Virus record (IMG/VR): IMGVR_UViG_3300033146_005660
Span: 1 to 57,058 of that record
Source of the DNA: a virus
Lineage: Duplodnaviria > Caudoviricetes
Direction: 5' to 3' (one strand)
Length of the DNA stretch: 57,058 nucleotides
Shown in pieces: positions 37,192-45,603 of this stretch. The position numbers were made by a program, and so were the translations under genes. The notes beneath the pieces are model-generated. The model saw nothing but the letters and a program-made list of their open reading frames with translations. It made no database searches and was not told the origin of the DNA. Within the stretch, counting starts at the first letter, position 1. Each line of letters opens with the position of its first letter.

Positions 37192-38051
37192 TTTTTAGCC
37201 CTGAGGAGCTCCTTCTTTACCCGAAGGTACTCTTGGATGACCAGCATTCTCGAGACATAGACCTGAACGGGGTCTTCCTCGTTGAGCTTCGCATCCGACA
37301 GGTCTGCGTTCTTGTCCTTAATCACCTTCCAGGCCGCTGAGAAGTCCGGAACGGTCTCGACGGTCTGATTCTGCTTGTCAACGAGAGACTGCACGGGACC
37401 GAACCAGTTTGATGGCGCGTAGACAATCCCGTTCGACAGACACACGGATGCAATGTACCCGAGCACCTCGTCGGAGAACTTGACTGGATCGATATCCCTG
37501 GAGGCGTTGATTTTCTTGAGAATCTCGATTGTGAACGCGGTCTCGTGGGGGTCGAGAGGTTGCATTTGCCCGAACACGGGGACGGTGTCGTTCAGCGCCC
37601 GCCCAACGTTCTCGAACGTCGTCCAATCCTTCCACGGGAAGTCCGTAGAGAGCGCCACGGAGAGCGCTTGGACCTTGTTCTTGTTCACCTCGCTGATAGC
37701 CCCAACGTCTTGGCGGACAGCCTGCCATAACGTTTCGGGGAGCCATTCGGTCCAGTCGTCGTCGTACAAGGATTTCAGGTAGGCCAAGAGCGCTAGGGGG
37801 TGAATGTCGTCCCTGGAAAACGTATTGCTTGGAACCTCGATGACCGTGGACTTTGTTGAGTTCAGGACCTTTCGCGTACGGACGGGTTCCCGGGGCTGCC
37901 CCTCCTGCTCCTCGACTGGAGCCTGCGCAGCCTGCTCCTCAAGCGTGTCAAGGCTATCAGGCCTCTCCACCTCGAGCGCAGCAATGCTCTCAGGGCTCAG
38001 CTCGGAGCCCTTGAACATGCCCTCCAGGAACAGCCTGTCCGCGGCGTTCAA
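37188..38051 (-). CDS. Hypothetical protein, 287 aa
   Basis: Coupled ORF in the head module. Confidence 0.8.
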   Translation of the reverse strand: MNAADRLFLEGMFKGSELSPESIAALEVERPDSLDTLEEQAAQAPVEEQEGQPREPVRTRKVLNSTKSTVIEVPSNTFSRDDIHPLALLAYLKSLYDDDWTEWLPETLWQAVRQDVGAISEVNKNKVQALSVALSTDFPWKDWTTFENVGRALNDTVPVFGQMQPLDPHETAFTIEILKKINASRDIDPVKFSDEVLGYIASVCLSNGIVYAPSNWFGPVQSLVDKQNQTVETVPDFSAAWKVIKDKNADLSDAKLNEEDPVQVYVSRMLVIQEYLRVKKELLRAKK

Positions 38052-39163
38052 ATCTGACCCTTGGCAATCTGCTTGACGACCACCTTGTCGGGGTCCGGAA
38101 GGCTATTGAAGATCTCGATAGCGTGCGCCTTGAACTGATTCTGGAACGCCTCGCCGAAGTGACTTCGAAGCTTGTCGGAGTTCGCGGCACTCTTGAGGTC
38201 ATCCCCCGTTATGGTCTCCCCGTCAACGTCCTCGTTCCACATGGCCGTCTTCTGGGGGGCCATCGAGCTCTCCCATGGGTCCGTGATGTGCTTTCCGTAT
38301 TGTCCATCGAGACCCGCTTGCTTGTCGAACTCGTAGAGGGCGCTCGCGAACGTGTCGGGGTCCGTGCTCTCCGCGAGTTCCGCGAGCTTGTCGAGAACGC
38401 CAAGAGCCTCGTTGCTTCCATCGAGGAGGGTTCGTCGTTCGTTCAGGTGATAGGAGAGACCCTGGTTCCATCCACCGGATGCCCATTTCTGGAGATACGA
38501 AGTGTCGAGGTCGACATTGAGCTCGCCGGCGCGGCGAATTACGTTCTCGGCGAACATGTGCCGGTGTTCCGGGGACAGGTCACGTGCGTACTTCTTGAAG
38601 TACGAGGCTGCGATCTTCACATGACTTTCATCGGGCATTCCATACTTCCGAATGGTCTCGCCCTCGTTGTCGAGCAATAGCGCGTACTGGTCATCCGGAA
38701 CCTCCATACGCGCGCTGATGTCCCGAGAAGCCTCTTTGGTCATCTCGAGCTCTGCGTACTTCTCGTACTCGTTCCTGACGCCCTCTTCGACGATATTGCT
38801 GAAGAAGCCATTGGCAGCATACTTGGAGATCGCCGGATCGGCCTCGATCTCGTAGGCATCGCAGGCCTCTCTGATGTGCGTCGCGGCGCATACCCGTTCG
38901 GCGGCCGACAGGTTCTCGTTGGCCTCCTCGAAGTACATCGAGGCCAACTTGATATGCGCCTCGTCGTGAAGCGGAAACTTGCGAATTTTCCCCGCTGTCT
39001 TCGTGATGACAACGAGAGCAAAATCCTCGTCCAAGAGATCGTTCACCTGCCCAGGGGACAGGACTTCGGCGCTCCTCCATGGTCCGAGATCTTGGGCCAT
39101 CTTCTTCAGATAGCGCCTGTCAGAGTCATCGTAGAAATCAACAACGTGTCCAGGAATCGGCAT
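38048..39163 (-). CDS. Putative head morphogenesis protein with two DUF6582-like repeats
   Basis: IRKFPLHDEAHIKLA and IRKYGMPDESHVKIA internal repeats; GAGGTG RBS; 13 K-x-A motifs. Confidence 0.7.
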   Translation of the reverse strand: MPIPGHVVDFYDDSDRRYLKKMAQDLGPWRSAEVLSPGQVNDLLDEDFALVVITKTAGKIRKFPLHDEAHIKLASMYFEEANENLSAAERVCAATHIREACDAYEIEADPAISKYAANGFFSNIVEEGVRNEYEKYAELEMTKEASRDISARMEVPDDQYALLLDNEGETIRKYGMPDESHVKIAASYFKKYARDLSPEHRHMFAENVIRRAGELNVDLDTSYLQKWASGGWNQGLSYHLNERRTLLDGSNEALGVLDKLAELAESTDPDTFASALYEFDKQAGLDGQYGKHITDPWESSMAPQKTAMWNEDVDGETITGDDLKSAANSDKLRSHFGEAFQNQFKAHAIEIFNSLPDPDKVVVKQIAKGQI

Positions 39164-39187
39164 GTTTCACCTCTTGCGGATGCGATG

Positions 39188-39217
39188 AGGGTATCAAGTT
39201 TGAACCATAAACGTCAA
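39188..39217 (-). promoter_or_regulatory. Sigma70-like promoter
   Basis: TTGACG-N18-TACCCT with TGn extension, upstream of the head operon. Confidence 0.45.
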
Positions 39218-39246
39218 GCATTTCGCGCGTTTTTACGGGTTTTTTG

Positions 39247-39255
39247 GGCATAAGA
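39247..39255 (+). promoter_or_regulatory. GGCATAAGA motif (putative phage-RNAP promoter)
   Basis: Copy at the start of a two-gene plus-strand island. Confidence 0.65.
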
Positions 39256-39313
39256 TAAGTACTGAAAAACATCAAGATATTGTAGATTTCAAACGAAAGG
39301 AGAAATAACACAA

Positions 39314-39577
39314 ATGATAAAAGCTGAGCTGAACCACCGGGAGGAGTTCAGCGAGTACATAGAAAGACTCCCGTACTTCGATGAGACTGACATGCTCGAC
39401 GAAGTGAAGAACATAGAAGAGGGCGGCCAGACGCCTCGGTCAAAAATCTGGCCCTACGTTGCCGCGGGTGCCGCCGGCTTCGTAGTGCACTGGGCGATTT
39501 CGTTCACTGCAAGACAAATTACAAGCGGAACCAAAAACGCGCTGGGAAGCGCAGCACTCCCGAGACTGGGAGTGTAA
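39314..39577 (+). CDS. Small membrane-associated protein
   Basis: AAGGAG RBS; hydrophobic segment. Confidence 0.75.
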   Translation: MIKAELNHREEFSEYIERLPYFDETDMLDEVKNIEEGGQTPRSKIWPYVAAGAAGFVVHWAISFTARQITSGTKNALGSAALPRLGV

Positions 39578-39587
39578 GGAGGAAATC

Positions 39588-39857
39588 ATGTCTAACGCCA
39601 ACGCCAACGCCAACAACGCCGCCACCGCCAACAACGCCCCCGAGAAAAAGGGGTGGCTGAAACGAAATCAGACCGCCATCATAACCGGCGCCGCGGGAGC
39701 GGCTGCCGGTTATGGGGCGAAGATGGCAGTGGATCATTTCGCCAAGGAGGCAGCTGACACTGCCGCCATGGCGATCGCCAGGGGAAACCTGGCGGTCTTC
39801 GCCGAGGGCGCCAGGGGCGCCATCGAAGCCGGAAAGGTTCCGTCGTTTAAGTTCTAG
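39588..39857 (+). CDS. Small Ala-rich protein
   Basis: AAGGAGG RBS; NANANANN N-terminus. Confidence 0.75.
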   Translation: MSNANANANNAATANNAPEKKGWLKRNQTAIITGAAGAAAGYGAKMAVDHFAKEAADTAAMAIARGNLAVFAEGARGAIEAGKVPSFKF

Positions 39858-39863
39858 ACGTTT

Positions 39864-39923
39864 CCCCCGGTTCCATCCCATTGCGGGGTGGGACCGGGGG
39901 CGTCCATGATGTCCTTTAGCTAT
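39864..39923 (+). terminator. Hairpin(s) + TTTAGCTAT terminator motif
   Basis: Long stem CCCCCGGTTCCATCCC/GGGGTGGGACCGGGGG; TTTAGCTAT at 39915-39923. Confidence 0.65.
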
Positions 39924-39945
39924 TGAAGAATGTCCGTGAGACACA

Positions 39946-40503
39946 TCAGAGGAGCGTGGTAATCTCAGCGCTTGCGCTGTCAGGAACAGTGATCTCCGCG
40001 TCGAGATTGATTTTGGGAATGACAATGTGAACCACGGCCTCCCGAATGACATCGATCTCCCAGTAGCCGTTGTCGTCTGTGAACGCCTCGACGGGCACCG
40101 AGGTCACGCCATCCGTTCCCACGAATTGGCCTTCCTTGGTCTTCTTCACATTGTCGATGAACACCTGAACCTGGGCCTCGGTCTCGGGGTCCCCGTTGGC
40201 CATCAGCACCGTCCCGTGAAGAACGCAGATTGACGGAAGGGGCGGTCCGGCCTGCTTGGAGACCGTGAACGCCGACAGGTTTCCCGCACCATCGAATGCC
40301 CGAATCTTGTACCAGTGGACCGCGGTCCCCGTGGGGTCCTCCCAGTAGAACCGTCCGATCGACGTGTCGAACACCGCGGGGTCCGTCAGGTCATGATCAA
40401 CGAGGACCTGTTGCGTGAAGTTGATGTTGTCATCGGCCCTCCACACTTGATATCCGTCGACACCCGTATCTTCGTTTGGGAGCCATGTAAGCTTGATGGT
40501 CAT
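39946..40503 (-). CDS. Virion protein, FN3/Ig-like plus beta-sandwich domain
   Basis: LTW..GYQVWR..YKIRAFDGAGNLS FN3-like pattern; C-terminal domain similar to 53343-53969. Confidence 0.65.
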   Translation of the reverse strand: MTIKLTWLPNEDTGVDGYQVWRADDNINFTQQVLVDHDLTDPAVFDTSIGRFYWEDPTGTAVHWYKIRAFDGAGNLSAFTVSKQAGPPLPSICVLHGTVLMANGDPETEAQVQVFIDNVKKTKEGQFVGTDGVTSVPVEAFTDDNGYWEIDVIREAVVHIVIPKINLDAEITVPDSASAEITTLL

Positions 40504-40814
40504 GGGGTGTCCTCAACGACGAGTCCATGCGGTGGAAAAAGACCCAGCTCCTCGACGACGAGCGACATGGGTTTCCGGAGTTCCGCGTGTCCCTCAACGA
40601 AGAGACCACGCGGAGTCGACATTGTAGCAAGAACTGCATCCACGGAGAACCCCGATGGACTTGCAGGAAGAACGGAGCCGGAAACCTCGAACCCGCCGGG
40701 CCTCCCAAGAAGGAGCTCGACATCGAACTTCAAGATTGGGCAAAACGGGTTCGGTGGCGTAGGCCGTGAACCGCGTCCGCAGAGAACCCCCTTGGTCGCC
40801 AGGCAGAGTGTCAC
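40500..40814 (-). CDS. Hypothetical protein, 104 aa
   Basis: 4-nt overlaps with both neighbours. Confidence 0.6.
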   Translation of the reverse strand: MTLCLATKGVLCGRGSRPTPPNPFCPILKFDVELLLGRPGGFEVSGSVLPASPSGFSVDAVLATMSTPRGLFVEGHAELRKPMSLVVEELGLFPPHGLVVEDTP

Positions 40815-41539
40815 TCTCTGGTCACTTTGTAGGTCTTGGCCAAACCGTCCAACGGGGCGGCTTCAGGCTCGGTAACGATGTTGAATGAGGCAAGTTCCCC
40901 TTCCCCGGCGCCACCGTCGGTTGCGAGGTCGGTGTCACCCTTGGTTGGAAAGATTCGGATCCGTCCGGCAACGAGAAGCCCCTGGGCGTTGTACGAGGTT
41001 CCGTCGAGGAAAAAATTATTCTGGACAAGACCAAGAATAAGAGAAAGGGCCCCAGAAGTAGGGCTATCGTTTGGAGTGCCTGTGCCAGTAATCCCCAGGA
41101 CAGCCTTGAGTTCTGTTCTCTCGTTTTGTGTGAAGTCCGGGATGTCATCGACGTACGACCCTACTTTGACCTCCCCAATCAAGGGAAGATTGCTTGCCTC
41201 GCCCCCGGGGGGCTGATCTACGGTAAATTCGTATATATCATCGTCTTCAGGGTTCGTCACGGACATGGTGTCAAACCCGTTGACGTGATCAACGGTGTTC
41301 AGCTTGTATTCCCCAGGGCATCGAATGGGATCAATTTCCGACAGGGCCTGCTCGAGCTGCGAGACCGACGATGGCGTCTTGAATGAGTTGTCCGACCAAT
41401 CGTACATCGCATTGTCAGATTGCCGCCGGATTTTCAAAAGAATATTAGATCCTCCTGATAGGGGATCTCCGTGGATGTCGAGAACAAGAACCTCAACAGG
41501 CTCTTTGCCGCCCGTCTGTATTCTTGACGGTCCGGTCAT
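40811..41539 (-). CDS. Putative virion protein, 242 aa
   Basis: Coupled ORF; N-terminal domain similar to 53343-53969. Confidence 0.7.
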   Translation of the reverse strand: MTGPSRIQTGGKEPVEVLVLDIHGDPLSGGSNILLKIRRQSDNAMYDWSDNSFKTPSSVSQLEQALSEIDPIRCPGEYKLNTVDHVNGFDTMSVTNPEDDDIYEFTVDQPPGGEASNLPLIGEVKVGSYVDDIPDFTQNERTELKAVLGITGTGTPNDSPTSGALSLILGLVQNNFFLDGTSYNAQGLLVAGRIRIFPTKGDTDLATDGGAGEGELASFNIVTEPEAAPLDGLAKTYKVTRE

Positions 41540-41883
41540 TATTCGGCCAGTTTGACGGCGACCGCAGGGTATCCTTGGCCGGTAACTTTTTTAGCCTTGC
41601 TCATGGCGATCTCTCTCCGCTTATTGACCTGCCTCTTTCGATACGAGGCGATGTCGGAGATGGCCATGGCCTGCTCATGCTTGTATCCGCTTGACAGACC
41701 CTCTTGGGCCGCCTGAGCAATCTCGATTTGTTCCGGAGTGCAGATTCCGTTGACTACCAAGAGGTTCGCAAGTCTTTGCTCGATGCTTGAATTCTCCTGC
41801 TCGTCAATGGCGTTGCATAATTGCTTATTGGTGATGGCTCCCATTTTTACTAGAACCTCACCAAGGGTTGATCTGCTCATCAC
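41539..41883 (-). CDS. Stand-alone MshEN-like domain protein
   Basis: TLGEVLVKMGAITNKQLCNAIDEQ and RLANLLVVNGICTPEQIEIAQAAQ match the tandem RLGxxLxxxGxIxxxQLxxALxxQ motif. Confidence 0.7.
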   Translation of the reverse strand: MMSRSTLGEVLVKMGAITNKQLCNAIDEQENSSIEQRLANLLVVNGICTPEQIEIAQAAQEGLSSGYKHEQAMAISDIASYRKRQVNKRREIAMSKAKKVTGQGYPAVAVKLAE

Positions 41884-42131
41884 ATTCTCCTGTCGAGAGT
41901 CTTTTCTAACATCTCGATGGACTTTGCGTGGTTGATGTCGGCGCGTATCGACTCGTTTGAGAGCTCGATAAGCTTCTCCGAAAGCTTATCGTTCCTTGAA
42001 CGTTCCTCGGCAATAGATTTGCCATGAGACCTCCTATCGAGCACGTACAAGATAACGAAAATGGCCGCAACGAGAAATCCCCCACCATACTGAGCGAGAG
42101 CCCCGACAGTCTTAACAAGGGCTGTTTCCAT
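41880..42131 (-). CDS. Small single-TM protein (holin-like)
   Basis: N-terminal TM followed by a charged coiled coil. Confidence 0.55.
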   Translation of the reverse strand: METALVKTVGALAQYGGGFLVAAIFVILYVLDRRSHGKSIAEERSRNDKLSEKLIELSNESIRADINHAKSIEMLEKTLDRRM

Positions 42132-42146
42132 AAGGGGTTCGTCTTT

Positions 42147-42431
42147 CTATCTAAGGGAGTCGATGTAATCGACGTCATGGATCACATTCCAGCAAAGTTT
42201 TAATTCAGCATCGTATAGCGCGTCGATGTCCTCTCTGCTTATGCTTTTAATGTCATCAAGGCTCATACCTCTCGATCCTGCAATCTCTTTAACAAGATCG
42301 ATCTGGGTTTCCATTCTCTTGTCAAGGTTGTCGATCATTGGGCATCTCTGGTAGCATCTCCTGAGGTATTTTATTCGTCCCTCGACATCAGGTGGCGGAA
42401 CGCACCTCAGCGATGCAAACTCGCTAGTCAT
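42147..42431 (-). CDS. Hypothetical protein
   Basis: Likely start MTSEFAS, overlapping the upstream stop. Confidence 0.6.
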   Translation of the reverse strand: MTSEFASLRCVPPPDVEGRIKYLRRCYQRCPMIDNLDKRMETQIDLVKEIAGSRGMSLDDIKSISREDIDALYDAELKLCWNVIHDVDYIDSLR

Positions 42432-42951
42432 TGTCAACACCAACGACCTTGAAAGCACTCGCCTTGCCTATGATCTTGAACAAATCCCCTGGAGATGTGG
42501 TTTCTGGATCGATATCCGTAACATACGGAGATCCGGCTTCCTGAAGAAATCTCACAACGGCCTCTGAACACATGAGCTTCTTGGGTGTTCTCGAGGGCCG
42601 CAACGTGAATTTCGACGATATCCATTTGGACACCCACCTCTTTATTCCGGAAAGACCGGCACTGAACCAATCATACCGCTTGCCAATACTTTTGGCCATA
42701 CTGCGTAAGGGGGCAGACATGTCGAGATCGGTCTCGAATTCTGCTACGAGTATGTTTTCCGAGATCCATCGGTGCCATGGTCTGATCTCGTATCCCCACC
42801 ATTCGGCCTGCATGACCATCTTCATCTCAAGCGTCTCGTCATAGAACGATATCCAGGCATGACTGCATCGCGCTCCAGTCACCCAGCGTATGACTCGGCT
42901 CATGAATTTCCCGGTCGTCGAGAATCCAACAGTTATGGCAATTTTATCCAT
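42424..42951 (-). CDS. Permuted papain-like NlpC/P60 (YiiX/YebB-type) amidase
   Basis: IRWVT..SHA, GKRYD, CSEAV and SPGDL motifs (His before Cys). Confidence 0.8.
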   Translation of the reverse strand: MDKIAITVGFSTTGKFMSRVIRWVTGARCSHAWISFYDETLEMKMVMQAEWWGYEIRPWHRWISENILVAEFETDLDMSAPLRSMAKSIGKRYDWFSAGLSGIKRWVSKWISSKFTLRPSRTPKKLMCSEAVVRFLQEAGSPYVTDIDPETTSPGDLFKIIGKASAFKVVGVDND

Positions 42952-43225
42952 TGGGCAGGTTCCCTGAAATCTTTGCGATCTCTTCGTGGAATCCGACGAG
43001 AAACGAGTTTTTCTCGAGACGATTTTCCATCTTCTCAAGGGCGGTGTAGTAGCTCGGGTGCTCCTCGAGGTGGTCTTTTGCGATTTCCTTGGCTGTCCTT
43101 TTGGACGATGTGTGCTCGCGCTCGACACGAATCCCCCGTCGAAGCTGTTTACGAGGATATTGACCGTCAGGCTTGCCATCAGCAAGGCCGCCCATGATAG
43201 CCTCCGGCCTTTTCCTCAAGATCAT
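42944..43225 (-). CDS. DUF5661-like protein
   Basis: GIRVEREH..AKEIAKDHLEE.P.YYT.L motif. Confidence 0.75.
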   Translation of the reverse strand: MILRKRPEAIMGGLADGKPDGQYPRKQLRRGIRVEREHTSSKRTAKEIAKDHLEEHPSYYTALEKMENRLEKNSFLVGFHEEIAKISGNLPNG

Positions 43226-43512
43226 TTGGATCGTCCTTTTGACCATCGACCAACAAGAGCACCTGTAATCCATCCTATCCCATTCGATATAGGGTCGACC
43301 ACCCATGCATTGAGATCGCACTCAACAACAACCCATGCGTCTGTAAAATGACGTTGGAGGAAATACTCAACGCCCTCCCAGCCGTAGGACATCCCCACCC
43401 AAAGAAGAACATGGATCCACCACCTGGGTTCCCACTTGGAGTGAATCACCGATGCCAAGAAAAGAAAAAACGCAACATGTGGAAGAATCCACCAATCGAA
43501 TACGGAACTCAC
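43222..43512 (-). CDS. Small membrane protein
   Basis: About 3 hydrophobic segments with H..F, WE..E and D...N..G pattern. Confidence 0.7.
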   Translation of the reverse strand: MSSVFDWWILPHVAFFLFLASVIHSKWEPRWWIHVLLWVGMSYGWEGVEYFLQRHFTDAWVVVECDLNAWVVDPISNGIGWITGALVGRWSKGRSK

Positions 43513-44282
43513 ACTTCCACCTCGGCGTAGACAGCAAAATGATCTGAGAGATCGTACATCCTCATCACGGCGGTTCGGTTACATGTGACATCCGTTGATG
43601 CCATAATGTAATCCATTCTCCCCTCGGCCTGATCGCTTGACCTCTTGTTGGACTTGTCCAGTGTGTAACCGGGGTCGGTCGACTCCTCTCGGTATAGGTC
43701 CCTGAGGTCCATGAGTCTCATCATTCGAAGATACTCGGCCGTCGGAGTTCCGGGATCTTCTTCTGCGAGAATGTTCATGTCCCCCATAACGAGGGTTGGG
43801 TATGGCTGGTAGGATGAGACAGCAGCAAGCTTGGATACCTGCTTTCGTCTGATCTCGCTGTATTCCCCCTCGTCCCCGTAGTCAGCCTGCAGGTGCGTAT
43901 TCAGCACGTAGATGATGTCACCCTGGACATCTATCGTCACGCCAACCACGCCCTTCTGCGCCAAGGAATCTGCGCCCGAGCTATTCAGGTAGGGGACAAA
44001 CCTTTGGGAGTTTACCGGGTACTTGGATGCCAGGAATAACCCGCTGTCTTGGCGAATACTCCATGGTACATCCCCTTTGTCCACGATGTACCCGTAGGTC
44101 ATCGACAGATAATGGAAAAGTGCATCGCGAATGTCCTCGTCGAACACCTCCTGGAGACACACGATGTCAGGGTCGAGCTCGACGATTGCCTCGGAGATTC
44201 CCTTGGCCCGGAGAAGATCGCTGGACCCCCCGCCTATTGGACCGGGAAGCATCTTCACGTTCCATGTGAGAACGCTAATCAT
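43509..44282 (-). CDS. EEP-superfamily hydrolase, sphingomyelinase C-like
   Basis: TWNV, LQEVF, DSGLFLASKYP, DSLAQKG, NTHLQA, GDMN, RMDYI, SDH. Confidence 0.85.
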   Translation of the reverse strand: MISVLTWNVKMLPGPIGGGSSDLLRAKGISEAIVELDPDIVCLQEVFDEDIRDALFHYLSMTYGYIVDKGDVPWSIRQDSGLFLASKYPVNSQRFVPYLNSSGADSLAQKGVVGVTIDVQGDIIYVLNTHLQADYGDEGEYSEIRRKQVSKLAAVSSYQPYPTLVMGDMNILAEEDPGTPTAEYLRMMRLMDLRDLYREESTDPGYTLDKSNKRSSDQAEGRMDYIMASTDVTCNRTAVMRMYDLSDHFAVYAEVEV

Positions 44283-45388
44283 GGTGTCACGTAGTCCGGG
44301 TCGTCTACTTCCCGGCAATAGCACGTGACGGTCCCGAACTCCCCGTCAACGGGAATGTCCCGGTGGATAGACACGCGGAGTTCAGCCTGCAAGGACGACG
44401 GCAGGGGCTTGTTTGAAAGGTAATCAAACGGGAATACAGACGCAGGATAGCGGAGCCCTCGTTTGGTTCCACCGATGGCCTGCACGGTGCCCGTTCCTCT
44501 GTTTCCTTCATTGAGGAAGTCCTTCATGTGCTTGTAGATAACCGTCTCACCTGGGATCGGCATCCAACTGTACACGGGATGATTAATCCATGGTGCAAAC
44601 TTAATGTCCTCAATCATGATAATGCCCTGAGAAAACTGGATTTCCGTGTCGGAGATAAGAAGAGTCTTCCCCGGAGTTGGTCGCATGTACCATGTCGACC
44701 CGTTGGCATAATTGTAGGTAGCAGTGACGACGGCGCTTGCCCCCACGGACCCCATGCCGACATCATGGTCACAGTTGTAGTAGTTTGGCCACGAAAGGGA
44801 TATTTCTCCGTGAACGTAGTCAACAATGTAGTCAACGCCCTCCACCTTTGAAATGCCATCAACCTTCACGTCGACAGTAAATGGTCCATTTGGCCACATG
44901 GCTACATTGTGAACAATGTCGTTTTCTCGTGTGACCCGACCGTGTGTAAGGTCGATCCAATACTTGAAGTCGGAGCGAAAATGAATGCCATCATTCAATG
45001 GACACCCAAGGACCTCGTTGATAACCCGTTTTGAATCTCCATACCAGGTCGTTGGGTCACAGAAGTCATGACTGGCCTTGATGAGCCCGCCACCCGTTGG
45101 CTTGAGGGTCTCCACGGGAATGTTCCCCATGACCGACAAGGGCATCTGCTTGAAATACCCACGAACGAGGTCAATGGCGTCCGTAACCGAAAGGTCGTTG
45201 GTTCCGTCATTGAGGACGTACTTGTCCGTCCCTTTCCCAAGGGCTTCAACAAGCTGGGAGCTTGATCCTATTTGGGAGCTTGACCACGACGTTGCAATAT
45301 CAAATTCGTCGCTTGCCGGAATGGAAATTCCAGGGTCTTGGTCGTCGAGCTTGAGTTCCGATGACGTGAGGTTTTTTAGTAGTCTCAT
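44279..45388 (-). CDS. Putative virion protein, 369 aa
   Basis: Coupled ORF in the tail/decoration block. Confidence 0.75.
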   Translation of the reverse strand: MRLLKNLTSSELKLDDQDPGISIPASDEFDIATSWSSSQIGSSSQLVEALGKGTDKYVLNDGTNDLSVTDAIDLVRGYFKQMPLSVMGNIPVETLKPTGGGLIKASHDFCDPTTWYGDSKRVINEVLGCPLNDGIHFRSDFKYWIDLTHGRVTRENDIVHNVAMWPNGPFTVDVKVDGISKVEGVDYIVDYVHGEISLSWPNYYNCDHDVGMGSVGASAVVTATYNYANGSTWYMRPTPGKTLLISDTEIQFSQGIIMIEDIKFAPWINHPVYSWMPIPGETVIYKHMKDFLNEGNRGTGTVQAIGGTKRGLRYPASVFPFDYLSNKPLPSSLQAELRVSIHRDIPVDGEFGTVTCYCREVDDPDYVTP

Positions 45389-45399
45389 TGACGTGTGTC

Positions 45400-45603
45400 C
45401 TACGCGCTGAATTTGTTGTTTGTCCTGCCGGGGTGCTCCCAGGCAGACAATCTCTTGTGAGCTAGATCGAGCTGTTTCTCGGACTCCTCGAGCTTCTTTC
45501 TCAGATCGTCAATTTCACCGGACATCTCCGAGGCCGCCCGTATGGTTGCGACGAGCTGACCCTCGGTTACCCACCTACCTGGCCGCATCAGTCGATTCAT
45601 CAC
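45400..45603 (-). CDS. Small coiled-coil protein
   Basis: Overlaps the upstream stop. Confidence 0.6.
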   Translation of the reverse strand: MMNRLMRPGRWVTEGQLVATIRAASEMSGEIDDLRKKLEESEKQLDLAHKRLSAWEHPGRTNNKFSA

